A DNA stretch of 64,000 nt from Deltaproteobacteria bacterium. GTDB taxonomy: Bacteria; Myxococcota; JACRCW01. Shown piece after piece: positions 19,808 to 29,466 of the stretch. Under the pieces are notes generated by a model. It was not told where the DNA came from. It saw only the letters and a program-made list of their open reading frames with translations, and did no database searches. The stretch is from contig JACRCW010000109.1 of assembly GCA_016218805.1 (NCBI GenBank), positions 1 to 64,000 of the forward strand. The letters are read 5' to 3'. The translations under genes and the position numbers were made by a program. Numbering within the stretch: the stretch's first letter is position 1; each line of letters opens with the position of its first letter.

Positions 19808-21103
19808 CTATTCAAAGTCCTTCATCCAGTCCGGCTTGCGGCCGGGCCCGGGCTGGTCCGCTCCCGCCGCCGGCGCGCGGGTCGCCGGCGCACGGGTGGA
19901 CGGGAAGTCGCGCATCCAGTCGGTGGCGGCGGGCGGCGCGGGCGTCCGCGCGCGCGGCCGTGCGGTGATCCGCGTGACGCGCACCGGCCCCGCGCCGGGC
20001 GCGGTGAAATCGCGCATCCAGTCCGCCGGTCCCGCCGGCAGCGTTGGGGCGGGTCCGGCGGGCGCCGGGCGGTGTGGCACCGGCGGCGCGGTCCCGCGCG
20101 CCGGTCCGGGGCGCGGCACCACCGGGCTCACGCCGCGGAGCGACAGGCAGTCCGCCAACGCGCGGGCCCGCGGGGTGGGCCAGCCGGGGAACAGTCCCAG
20201 CGCCGCGCGGGCCAGCTCCAGGAAGTCCTGCACGCTCCCCTCCGGCGGCAGGTCCGTCTTCTCCTGCGCCAGCCAACCGAACACGCTGTTGAGCATCCCC
20301 CCGTCGACACCGCCGGCGCGCTGCTTCACCGCCGTGTTCCCCTTCACCAGGTAGCCGTTGGCCGCCAGCTCGCTCTCCAACAGCGCGCGGCTGGGAACGG
20401 GAATCACCGTGTCACGCAGCGGATGGTCCACCCTTTCGTGCCGCAGGTCCGCCTGCAGCGCCCCCAGCAGGTCATGGATCATCTGCGCCACCAGCAGCTC
20501 GTTGGCCACGTCCTCCAGGCCCAGCTCCGCGGGCGCCATGGGATAGGCCAGCACCAGCGCGTGCCCGGTGACCGTCTCCACGTCATCACCGCCCGGCAGC
20601 AGCGCGTGGAAGCACAGCCCGGTGCTCCCCGGACCCGGCGTGCGGAACGCCGCAGCAGCCCCCTGCACCAGCGCCCCCAGCAGGTCCGCGCGCGTCACCG
20701 TCAACCGCCCGCGCACGCCGGGACCGGCGGTCTCCGGCACCGGCCCCACCAATGAGCCGAACAGGTGCACGGGATCATTGAGCCCCGGCGTGGCCAGCGG
20801 CTGCTCCAGCGCCTGGACGTCCATGAGCCACAGCTCAGAGGCCCGCAGGGTCCAGGCGGGGCCGGGACTGCTCAGCTGGTGGTGGCTCAGGTCCTCGCGC
20901 ACGGAGGGCGGCAAGTCTGACGCCCGCGCGGAAACTCCGCGCAACGTCCCGGCAGCGTCAGCGCAGACCGCCAACTCCGTCTCCTGGCGGTGCGGACCGG
21001 AAAGACGCAGCAGGTCCAGCGCGCGCCGGGGAGGCAGCGGCGCACCCGGTGCGCCGGCGTCACCACTGTGGGCGACAAAATGCCTGGGAACGGTGGGCGC
21101 CAT
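19808..21103 (-). CDS. Hypothetical protein with three C-terminal DWMxDF motifs
   Basis: Long ORF with coding-like codon use; DWMRDF, DWMRDF, DWMKDF in a Pro-rich tail. Confidence 0.7.
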   Translation of the reverse strand: MAPTVPRHFVAHSGDAGAPGAPLPPRRALDLLRLSGPHRQETELAVCADAAGTLRGVSARASDLPPSVREDLSHHQLSSPGPAWTLRASELWLMDVQALEQPLATPGLNDPVHLFGSLVGPVPETAGPGVRGRLTVTRADLLGALVQGAAAAFRTPGPGSTGLCFHALLPGGDDVETVTGHALVLAYPMAPAELGLEDVANELLVAQMIHDLLGALQADLRHERVDHPLRDTVIPVPSRALLESELAANGYLVKGNTAVKQRAGGVDGGMLNSVFGWLAQEKTDLPPEGSVQDFLELARAALGLFPGWPTPRARALADCLSLRGVSPVVPRPGPARGTAPPVPHRPAPAGPAPTLPAGPADWMRDFTAPGAGPVRVTRITARPRARTPAPPAATDWMRDFPSTRAPATRAPAAGADQPGPGRKPDWMKDFE

Positions 21104-21153
21104 CTGCGGCCGCACCTTGGCGCCGCAACGCCGCGTTCTTCAAGCGGCGCCGC

Positions 21154-21522
21154 TCAGGGTCTGGGAGAGTCTTCCCCGGCGCCCTTGGACGCGGGGAAGA
21201 GGTCCGGTGCATCCGGCGCTCCTTCCAGCGTGGCGGCAATGTCCTTCAGCGCTCGCGCGTGGGACACCACGCGCCGCAGGCCGTCATCCGTGAGCCGGTA
21301 CAACGTACGGGTACGCCCAAGGGGCGCCTCCCGTTGGCTCGCAATGACGCCGGACTGCTCCAGCGCGCGCAGGTGGGACAGCAGGTTGCCACCTGAAAGC
21401 CCGAGGTCCTCCCTCAGCGTGGTGAAGTCCACGGGCGAGCCGCGGCGCCTCAACAAACCAAGGATTGCCAACCGGGTTTCCGGGTGAATGGACTTGTCCA
21501 GGGGAAGAGGTCTGCGAAACAT
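21154..21522 (-). CDS. Winged-helix transcriptional regulator (ArsR/MarR-like, HTH_34 type)
   Basis: IHPETRLAILGLL...DFTTLREDLGLSGGNLLSHLRALE...RTLYRLTDDG. Confidence 0.85.
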   Translation of the reverse strand: MFRRPLPLDKSIHPETRLAILGLLRRRGSPVDFTTLREDLGLSGGNLLSHLRALEQSGVIASQREAPLGRTRTLYRLTDDGLRRVVSHARALKDIAATLEGAPDAPDLFPASKGAGEDSPRP

Positions 21523-21684
21523 TCTCGAGATGTACGGACAGTGGGACCCCAGCGCAAGTCGATCCCGCACATTCTGCATTCTGTCACGCAACCTCGCGGC
21601 ATTCTGCCGCGCCGTGTGGCATTCAACCGCGCGGCATCACGGCTGTTTCGCGCCCTGGAGCCTGGGCACTAGGTTGGGTGATCC

Positions 21685-22494
21685 ATGGAGATCACGCGCC
21701 GCGCTTTGCACGTGGACATGGACGAGATCCTGGCCGGCTTCAGCCGGGACCGGGATGACCCCATGGTTCCTCACCTGGACCTGGAGACAGGTGGCGTCCG
21801 GTTCCGCTGGAGCCCCGGTGAGACCTGGGCCGGGGATACGGACGACCACCCGGAGGACGAGGACAGCCGGCTCATCCGGACCCGCCCGCGGCAGTTTACG
21901 GAGATTCCGCGGATTGAGCCCCACGAGGACGCGCGCCTGATGGAGCGGTTCATTGCCCGGCTGGACGAACCGGACGTTCAGGAGCTGCTGACCGGCGCCC
22001 TGAAGCGCCGGCACGGCTTGGGCGCGTTCCGGGCCACGCTGCGCGGCTACCCGGACCTGGCGGCCCGCTGGGAGCGCACCCTGCATGACAGCCGCCTCAA
22101 GGAGGCCCGCCACTGGCTGGAAATGATCGGCGTGGACGCCACCTGGCAACTGCGACGGGAACCTCCGCAGGTGGCGCCCAAGACCCACGCCCGGGAAACA
22201 CCCCATGCCCACCTGGTGCACCTGCTGGTGCTGGGGCGGGCGTCGGGGACGGGTGGCGTGGCAGTTCGCCGGCAGGTTGTGCGTCCGGGCCAGGCGCGCG
22301 GGCACTTCCGCCGCTACTGCCGCCAACTGTGCGAACTCAAGGGCGTGGGCTGGCGGAACCGGTTTGTGGAGGACCGGGATGCATTCACGCTGGAGGACGT
22401 CACCCTCCGCCACGGCGAAGATTGGGTGGAGGTGGAGGTTGCCGTCCCGGCCGACGTGGCACTGCAGTTTGGTCCGCCGGGGCGCACTATCTGA
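21685..22494 (+). CDS. UPF0158-family protein with extra C-terminal domain
   Basis: HLDLETG.V, IPRIE......LMERFI, L..AL.R..G..AFR..L...PDL...W pattern. Confidence 0.7.
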   Translation: MEITRRALHVDMDEILAGFSRDRDDPMVPHLDLETGGVRFRWSPGETWAGDTDDHPEDEDSRLIRTRPRQFTEIPRIEPHEDARLMERFIARLDEPDVQELLTGALKRRHGLGAFRATLRGYPDLAARWERTLHDSRLKEARHWLEMIGVDATWQLRREPPQVAPKTHARETPHAHLVHLLVLGRASGTGGVAVRRQVVRPGQARGHFRRYCRQLCELKGVGWRNRFVEDRDAFTLEDVTLRHGEDWVEVEVAVPADVALQFGPPGRTI

Positions 22495-23647
22495 GGTTGG
22501 CGCGCAACACCCGCAGGACGTTTCCTCCCATCACGCGTGCCACCACGTCGTCCGGGTGGCCGCGCGCCCGCAGCGCGTGGGTGACTTCCACCCAGCCCGC
22601 GGCGTCAATGGGCGTGGTCACCGCGCCGTCAAAGTCGCTCCCCAGCCCCACGTGGTCCGGCCCCGCCACCCGCAGGGCGTGCTCCATGGCGGATACCGTC
22701 GCCGCCACGTCGGTACCGCATACGGCGCCTTCAAACAGCGCAATGCCCACCACGCCGCCGGTCCGCGCCACCGCGCGCAGCTGTTCGTCCGTCAGGTTGC
22801 GCGGGCCCGGGCAGGTGGCCTGCACGCCGGTGTGACTGACCACCACCGGGTGATGGGACAGCGCCAGCGCCTGGTCAAACGCCGCCGGCGACGCGTGGGC
22901 CAGGTCCAGCGTGAAGCCCATCTCGTCGGCGCGGGCCACCACCACGCGTCCCAGCTGGGTCAGACCGCCGCGGCTCCAGCCGTGCGCGCTCCCGGCCACC
23001 GCATTGTCCGTGAAATGTGAGATGCCCAGCAGGCGGAAGCCCTCCGCGTAGAGGGACAGCAGGTTCTCCACCTGGCCCTCCAGCGGGTAGGCGCCCTCCG
23101 TCCCCAGCAGCGCGCCCACCACGGGGCTTCCCGCGGCGCGCGCGGCCAGGACTTCTTCCAGTTCCGCGCGCGTCTTCACCACGCGCAACTCCGTGCCCTG
23201 GGTGGCGTCCACCAGCTGCCGCGCCTGCGCCAGCGCCCGCCCCAGCGGCGAAAACCACGTGGACGCGGGCCATCCGTGCGCAAACGCGAGCAAGGCCGCG
23301 GTGTCCAGCAGGTCCACGTTGGTGGTCATGGTCTGCGGGAACGGCGTGCTGGTCACCACCCCAAACACCTGCAGTGCCACGTTCCCCTGCACCAGGCGCG
23401 GCAGGTCCACCTGGCCGCGGTCCGCCCGCCACGCCAGCCCGCGGCTCCACAACAGCGTGTCCGCGTGCAGGTCCGCCACCACCAGCGAGTTGTGCAGACG
23501 CCGGGAAGACGGGTCCGCGGCCGGCGGTCCGGCGGCCACCACGCGGTTGAGCATCCGGTCCGCGTAGCGGTCCAGGCCGCTGCGCAACACCACGGCGAGC
23601 GTCAGTGGCGCCAGGAGCAGACCCAGGGCAAGGAGCCGGCGGCGCAT
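22487..23647 (-). CDS. Membrane dipeptidase (peptidase M19)
   Basis: DLHAD, DLAHAS, VVSHTG, RNLTDEQL, HVGLGSDFDG, VMGGNVLRVL. Confidence 0.92.
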   Translation of the reverse strand: MRRRLLALGLLLAPLTLAVVLRSGLDRYADRMLNRVVAAGPPAADPSSRRLHNSLVVADLHADTLLWSRGLAWRADRGQVDLPRLVQGNVALQVFGVVTSTPFPQTMTTNVDLLDTAALLAFAHGWPASTWFSPLGRALAQARQLVDATQGTELRVVKTRAELEEVLAARAAGSPVVGALLGTEGAYPLEGQVENLLSLYAEGFRLLGISHFTDNAVAGSAHGWSRGGLTQLGRVVVARADEMGFTLDLAHASPAAFDQALALSHHPVVVSHTGVQATCPGPRNLTDEQLRAVARTGGVVGIALFEGAVCGTDVAATVSAMEHALRVAGPDHVGLGSDFDGAVTTPIDAAGWVEVTHALRARGHPDDVVARVMGGNVLRVLRANLR

Positions 23648-23679
23648 GCGGACCCGTTACCCGCACGCACCCAGCTGCG

Positions 23680-26070
23680 TCACGGGAACTCCACGTGCAG
23701 CTGGTAGCCCATCACCACGGTGGCGTCCGCGTAGCCCCGCACCGCCACGTGGTAGCGGCCCGGCGCCAACGCGGTGAGCGCCGGGTCCTGCGGCGCCGCC
23801 CCGCTTCCGTCCAGCAGCGAGCAGGTGCCCCAGCCGTCGTCGTCGTCCGCGGCCAGCTGTGCGCCGGCCCCGTCCGGCCACACCTCAAGCATCGTGTCCG
23901 CGGGGCACCCCGTGCCGGGCAGGTCGGTCGTGTAGATCCGCGGAGAACCACCCGCCGGCAGGTCCAGCACGAACCAGTCGTAGTCACCCAGCGGTGCCAC
24001 GTTGCCGGCCACGCGGCCCCCCGCCGGCAGCAACTGCCCCGCCCCCGGCAGCCGCGACTGTGCACTGTCCGCGCTCCCGTTGGGCTCCACCTCAAACGGC
24101 ATTTCCGTCAGACACCCGGCGCACCCGTCACCGGCCGCTGTGTTCCCGTCGTCGCATTGCTCGCCGGTCTGGAGCACCAGGTCACCGCAGCCCGGCGGAC
24201 GGACCTGCGCCCGCAGCACGTAGGTCACCGCCAGCCGCCCGCCAGATGGCGACGTGACTCTCAGGAAATAGCGCCCGGCCGCGAGACCCGCGGCCCCCGG
24301 CTGCACCCGCGGATCCAGCGCCAGGCACCCCACCCCATACTGCGCGCTGGCAAGCACCGTCCCCGCGCCGTCCAGCAGGTCCAGCCCCAGCGCAGCGTAC
24401 TCCGGGCACCCTCCCAGGCCGTTGTCCAACTGAGCAGCGAGCGTGGAGGCGGAGTCATTCACGTCCAGCGCAAACCAGTCCTGGTCCGTGCTCACCGGGT
24501 CCAGCCGTCCCTTCAGCGCCACCGGCGCCGCCACCGCTTCTGCCAACGTGTTGTTGGGCTCCGTCTCGGAAACCAGCGGCTCGGCCAGCACGCACCCGGG
24601 CGCACAGCCGCTCACGGGCGCGTCGCATTCCTCGGGCGGCTGCAGGATCCCGTCGCCGCAGGCAGGTGCCGTCAGCCAAACCAGCAGCATCCAGGCGTAC
24701 ACGTCACCGTCCACGGAGGGCTGCACGTGGACCTGGTATTCCCCGGGCGGGAGCGCCCGCAGTTCAGGACGCGCCGCCGGCGTGAAGGTGTCGCACGTCC
24801 AGGAGGAGATGACCGGTGCGCCTGCACCGTGCAGCACCAGGTCGCCGTTGAACGGGCAGAGACCGCGGTCGTCCACCAGCGTCAGCGTCACATCCGAGGT
24901 GCTGCCCAGCGAGAAGCCCAGCCAGTCCCCGTCACTGGGCACCGACGAGCACAGGAACCCCGCCGTCCCGGCCACCAGCATCGTCGCCGTCGCCTGCGTG
25001 TCGTCCGGCTCCCGCTCCGGCGTCAGCAGCGCTTCCGTCCGGCACGCGGGGTCGCAGCCGTCGCCGGGCACGGTGTTGCCGTCGTCGCAGGTTTCGCCCG
25101 GGTCCACCAGCGTGTTGGGGCAGCCCGCCGGGATGACCTCCACGTCCAGCGCGTAGGCCGGCATGAGACGGTCTGCGCGAAATGGCTGGACCCGCAGCGT
25201 GTAGGTGCCCGCGGGCAGGCGGTGCAGTTTCCGCTGCACGCGCGGATCCAGCAGTGAGCACAGCGTGCCCGACCAGCCGTCGTCGTTCTCCGCCACCAGC
25301 GTGTCATCCGCCGCCCACAGCCCCAGCACCGGGTCAGCGCCCTGCGGGCAGCCGCCCGCCCCGTCCGTCACCGATGCACGCACCGACAGGAACGGTGCGG
25401 ACAGCTCCAACGTGTAGACGTCCGTGTCCACGGTGGCGGGCGTCACGGGGTTCAGCCCCCCCAGCACCCGCAGCGCGGGCGCGGGGTCCAGCCGCTGCCC
25501 CGCGGCGGGGACGTCGTTCGGTTCCACCTCCGTCACCACCGGCCACGGAGGGGCGGATGACGATGATGATGATGGTGACGACGAAGTGGCTGACCACGAC
25601 GAGGCCGTCGGTGACGACGAAGCGGTGCCCTGGCTGGTTGAAGACGAGGCCGCGAAGGACCCCGCGGACGACCCACCCGCGAACGACGACGCCACCCCGG
25701 AGCTGGCCGCCCCCGTGGACGTGGTCACCGCGGAGGTGGCGGCGGTGGATGACGGCGGGAGGCTGGTGGTGGAGGCACTCTGGGATGTGGACGACGCGGG
25801 CGTCCCGGAGGACGACGGGCCGCCCACCGATCCGGACGACGCGGGCGCGCTGGTGGCGCCTGACGACGCCACCCCGGAGGACCCGCCACCCGGCCCCGCC
25901 GTCACGCACACGCCGTCCCGGCAGGCCTCCACCTGCGCGCAGTCCCGCGCTGAGTTGCACTGCCGCATGCACGCACCGTCCCGGGACACGGTGTCATCCG
26001 GGCAGGGCGAGCACGCCCACGCCCAGACCGCCACGCCCGATATGACCAGGACCCGCTGCGCGGAGTGCAT
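23680..26070 (-). CDS. Large lipoprotein with Ser-rich stalk, myxobacterial Cys-rich repeats and PPC/DVUA0089-like domains
   Basis: AWAC lipobox-like; repeated E.EPND...D.D.(Y/F) and GETCDDGNTVPGDGC / GEQCDDGNTAAGDGC. Confidence 0.8.
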   Translation of the reverse strand: MHSAQRVLVISGVAVWAWACSPCPDDTVSRDGACMRQCNSARDCAQVEACRDGVCVTAGPGGGSSGVASSGATSAPASSGSVGGPSSSGTPASSTSQSASTTSLPPSSTAATSAVTTSTGAASSGVASSFAGGSSAGSFAASSSTSQGTASSSPTASSWSATSSSPSSSSSSAPPWPVVTEVEPNDVPAAGQRLDPAPALRVLGGLNPVTPATVDTDVYTLELSAPFLSVRASVTDGAGGCPQGADPVLGLWAADDTLVAENDDGWSGTLCSLLDPRVQRKLHRLPAGTYTLRVQPFRADRLMPAYALDVEVIPAGCPNTLVDPGETCDDGNTVPGDGCDPACRTEALLTPEREPDDTQATATMLVAGTAGFLCSSVPSDGDWLGFSLGSTSDVTLTLVDDRGLCPFNGDLVLHGAGAPVISSWTCDTFTPAARPELRALPPGEYQVHVQPSVDGDVYAWMLLVWLTAPACGDGILQPPEECDAPVSGCAPGCVLAEPLVSETEPNNTLAEAVAAPVALKGRLDPVSTDQDWFALDVNDSASTLAAQLDNGLGGCPEYAALGLDLLDGAGTVLASAQYGVGCLALDPRVQPGAAGLAAGRYFLRVTSPSGGRLAVTYVLRAQVRPPGCGDLVLQTGEQCDDGNTAAGDGCAGCLTEMPFEVEPNGSADSAQSRLPGAGQLLPAGGRVAGNVAPLGDYDWFVLDLPAGGSPRIYTTDLPGTGCPADTMLEVWPDGAGAQLAADDDDGWGTCSLLDGSGAAPQDPALTALAPGRYHVAVRGYADATVVMGYQLHVEFP

Positions 26071-26109
26071 CGCCCGCAAGGATAGACAACCCGCGCCCGC
26101 GGCGCACCT

Positions 26110-27099
26110 TCACCCCTCTTCGGGCGCCACGGCGGCCACCAGCGCCAGGTCCTGCGCCCGCACCTTGGCGGGGTCAAACTTGCGCAGTGCCGCGTCCATC
26201 TTTGTCAGCGCCACCGCCATGGTCATGGGCGGGGCCGCGTCCTTCTTCCGCGTGGGCGCAAACTCGCGCACCGGGTTGCACCGCGCCACCACCAGCGTCT
26301 TGAGGTACGGGCTCTTGAGCCCGCGCGCCTGCAGCGCAGCCACGTGGCCGTTCACCATGGTGTCCAGTTGCATGAGGCGCTGCGCGTACTGCTCGCGCTG
26401 CCGCAGCGCCGCCGGCAGCGTGCCCGGCAGCCAGCGGTCCACACGCCGCAGCATGGGTTGCCACGCGCTCCCCGCAAACCGGCCCGCCGTCTCATAGGCC
26501 TGGCCCAGCGTCACCAGCAACGGCGCTTCAAAGATGGCCTCATGCTCCGCTTCCGACGAGCGCGGCGCTTCCAGTGCCAGCGCGCGCGCCATCCGCACCA
26601 CCTCCAGCGACCGGTCCCGGAGGTTGTGCGCCTTCTCCGTGTTCAGCGCGAGAATGCGGAACGCCATGGCGCGATCCGGCACCAGCAGCACGGTGATGGC
26701 GCGCATGCCCAGCTGCCGCGCCGCCGCCAGGCGGTGCCGCCCGTTGGGGGACAGAAACCCGTCCGGTCCCTCCACGGCAATGACCGGGTCCAGGAACGCG
26801 CCGGCCACGCGGATGGCGGCCACCAACCGGTCCGCGTGCGTCCGGGACAGGTCGCGCTGGAACGGCGTCTCGGCAACGGACTTCACCGGCACGCTCGCCA
26901 GCACCAGCGGACTGCCGGCAAACGGATCCCGGTACACCGCCAGCGCCCGCCCGCCCCGCGCCTCTACCGACGTCACAAGCGCCTGCACCTCCGGCGCGTC
27001 CGGCGCCAGCGCGGCCTCGGCGGGCGCGGGCCCCCGTGCCTCGTCCGGCTTGCGTGACTTCCCCCGCGGCTTGCCCGCGGCCTTCTTCTTCGTCGCCAT
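26110..27099 (-). CDS. ParB/Srx N-terminal domain protein
   Basis: PFQRDLS, FLDPVIAV, SPNGRHRLAAA arginine patch, LALNTEK; GGAGG RBS. Confidence 0.8.
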   Translation of the reverse strand: MATKKKAAGKPRGKSRKPDEARGPAPAEAALAPDAPEVQALVTSVEARGGRALAVYRDPFAGSPLVLASVPVKSVAETPFQRDLSRTHADRLVAAIRVAGAFLDPVIAVEGPDGFLSPNGRHRLAAARQLGMRAITVLLVPDRAMAFRILALNTEKAHNLRDRSLEVVRMARALALEAPRSSEAEHEAIFEAPLLVTLGQAYETAGRFAGSAWQPMLRRVDRWLPGTLPAALRQREQYAQRLMQLDTMVNGHVAALQARGLKSPYLKTLVVARCNPVREFAPTRKKDAAPPMTMAVALTKMDAALRKFDPAKVRAQDLALVAAVAPEEG

Positions 27100-27233
27100 C
27101 CGTCTCAACCTCCCCGTGGTCCGTCCCCGCGTGACCCGAGCATGGCCTCACACGGCGCGGCAAGGGGGTGGCACGGGTTGTGATGGCCGGTGCAAACGTG
27201 GTTTCTATCCGGCGCATGTCAGGAGGTGGCAGC

Positions 27234-28658
27234 ATGGTGGCGCCAGCGCCCACCGCGCGGGTTCTGGTGGTGGATGACGAGGCCGGCCATGCCGAGAGCC
27301 TTGTCAAGATCCTCCAGAAGGAAGGCTACGAAGTGCAGAGCGCGGCGGACGGTGTGGCCGCGCTGGAGAAGGCGCGCCAATTCCTGCCGCAGGTCATCCT
27401 CACGGATCTGGTCATGCCCCGGATGGGCGGCACCGAGCTGCTCAAGGGCGTCCGCACGGTGGTCCCTGAGTGCGAGGTGATCCTGATGACGGCCTACGGC
27501 ACCGTGGAGAACGCCGTGGAGGCCATGCGCGAAGGCGCGTACGACTTCCTGTCCAAACCGGTGAAGCGCGGGCACGTCGTGGCCACGGTGCGGCGCGCGC
27601 TGGAGAAGCAGGCGCTGCTGACGGAGAACCGGCAGCTGCGGGCGGAGTTGGAGAACGCCAAGGGGGCCGCGGGACCAGACCTGGTGGGCGCCGCGCCGCC
27701 CATGCAGAAGCTGCGTGAGCTTGTTGCGCAGGTGGCGCCGTCGTCGGCCACGGTGCTGCTGCTGGGGGAGAGCGGCACGGGCAAGGAGCGCGTGGCCCGC
27801 GAGATCCACCGCCTGAGCAACCGCAGCTCGCGCGCGTTTGTTGCCGTCAACTGCGCGGCGCTGCCGGAGAGCATCCTGGAGAGCGAGTTGTTTGGCAGCG
27901 AGCGCGGCGCGTTCACCGGTGCCGTCTCCCGCGAGGGACGGTTTGAGCGCGCGCATGGCGGCACCATGCTGCTGGACGAGATTGGCGACCTGCCAGCGCA
28001 GGCGCAGGTGAAGCTGCTGCGCGTGCTGCAGGAGGGCGAGGTGGAGCGGCTGGGCGGAGGCGCCCCCCGCAAGGTGGACGTGCGCATCGTGGCGGCCACG
28101 CACCGGGACCTCAAGCAATACGTTGCCGAAGGACGCTTCCGCGAGGACCTGTTCTACCGGCTGGCCGTGATCACGCTGGCCATCCCGCCCCTACGCGAGC
28201 GCCTGTCCGACCTGCCGCTGCTGGTGAGCCACTTCCTCGCGCGCCACGGGCAGAAGCACGGCAAGCCGGTGCGGGGCATGAGCCAGGACGCCATGGCCGC
28301 GCTGCATGCGCACGGCTGGAAGGGCAACGTGCGTGAGCTGGAGAACGCGCTGGAGCGTGCCGTGGTCTTGTGCCGTGGCGACGTCATCCAGCGCGCGGAC
28401 CTGCCCGAGGACATTGCGGGCGGCACCGGCGCCCCGCCCGCGCAGGACCAGCTCAGCATCCGCGTGGGCACGCCCATGGCGGACGTGGAGCGCCAGGTCA
28501 TCCGCGCCACGTTGGCCCGCTGCAATGACGACAAGGCGCTGGCCGCGCGGCTGCTGGGCATCAGCGTCCGCACCATCTACCGGCGCCTGGGCGAGATGGA
28601 GCGCACCCAAAGCGCGGTTGATGAAGAAACGGACCCCTCAGAGGAAGGAACGCCGTGA
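27234..28658 (+). CDS. Sigma-54-dependent response regulator (NtrC/AtoC family)
   Basis: Receiver (VVDDE, TDLVMP), GESGTGKE, GAFTGA, LLDEIG, FREDLFYRL, C-terminal Fis HTH; AGGAGG RBS. Confidence 0.95.
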   Translation: MVAPAPTARVLVVDDEAGHAESLVKILQKEGYEVQSAADGVAALEKARQFLPQVILTDLVMPRMGGTELLKGVRTVVPECEVILMTAYGTVENAVEAMREGAYDFLSKPVKRGHVVATVRRALEKQALLTENRQLRAELENAKGAAGPDLVGAAPPMQKLRELVAQVAPSSATVLLLGESGTGKERVAREIHRLSNRSSRAFVAVNCAALPESILESELFGSERGAFTGAVSREGRFERAHGGTMLLDEIGDLPAQAQVKLLRVLQEGEVERLGGGAPRKVDVRIVAATHRDLKQYVAEGRFREDLFYRLAVITLAIPPLRERLSDLPLLVSHFLARHGQKHGKPVRGMSQDAMAALHAHGWKGNVRELENALERAVVLCRGDVIQRADLPEDIAGGTGAPPAQDQLSIRVGTPMADVERQVIRATLARCNDDKALAARLLGISVRTIYRRLGEMERTQSAVDEETDPSEEGTP

Positions 28659-29452
28659 GCATCATGCGTGCCCGCCGCAAGGGCACGTCCGCCGGCCCGC
28701 TCCACCGCGCGCTGCAACGCGGTGACCGCCGCGCCGTGAAAGCGGAGCTGGACGCGGGCGCGGACGTTCACGCCCCCGGTGCGGACGGGATCACGCCGCT
28801 GATGACGGCCGTGCGCACCTGCCCGCTGGACGTGGTGGAGCTGTTGCTGCGCCACGGCGCGCGCGTGACGGAGGTGGACCGCGACGGGCGGACGCCGCTG
28901 GTGCACGCGTTCCAGGAGGACCCGGTCCGCCCGCGCGTGGTGCAGACCCTGCTCGCCGCGGGGGCCCCGCCCAACGCCGGCGCTCCGCTGCCGCTGCTGC
29001 TGGCCGTCCGCCGCGGCAGCGTGGAGCTGGCCCAGGCGCTGCTCACCGCGGGTGCCCGCGTCAGCGACCCGGCAATCATGCGCTACGCGTTTGTGAAGAC
29101 CACCAGCGTGGAGCTGATGCTCGCGCTGCGCAGCGCCGGTGGCGACGTCAACACGCGGGACGATTCCGGCGCCACGTTGTTGCTCCACGCAGTGCGCATG
29201 AAGGTGGTCACCGCGCGGCTGGACCTGCTGCTGGCCTGCGGGGCTGACGTGGACGCGCAGGACCATGACGGGATGAGCGCGTTGATGATCGCCGCCGCCG
29301 GCGGCCAGGTCGCCCTGGTGCGGCGCCTGCTGGAGGGACGCGCGTCGTTGGACCTGCGCGACAAGGCGGGCCGCACTGCGTACGCGCACGCGCTGGCGGC
29401 GGGGCAACGCGGCGCGGTCACGCTGCTGGAACAGGCGGGCGCAGGCCCGTGA
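28655..29452 (+). CDS. Ankyrin repeat protein
   Basis: DGITPLMTA, DGRTPLVHA, GADVDAQDHDGMSALMIAA repeats; GTGA overlap with the upstream gene. Confidence 0.88.
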   Translation: MSIMRARRKGTSAGPLHRALQRGDRRAVKAELDAGADVHAPGADGITPLMTAVRTCPLDVVELLLRHGARVTEVDRDGRTPLVHAFQEDPVRPRVVQTLLAAGAPPNAGAPLPLLLAVRRGSVELAQALLTAGARVSDPAIMRYAFVKTTSVELMLALRSAGGDVNTRDDSGATLLLHAVRMKVVTARLDLLLACGADVDAQDHDGMSALMIAAAGGQVALVRRLLEGRASLDLRDKAGRTAYAHALAAGQRGAVTLLEQAGAGP

Positions 29453-29466
29453 CGGGGACGGTGCGC

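Noticed and set aside
27168..27185. Sigma-54 promoter TGGCACGGGTTGTGA
   Set aside because: Good -24 box but the conserved -12 GC is absent.
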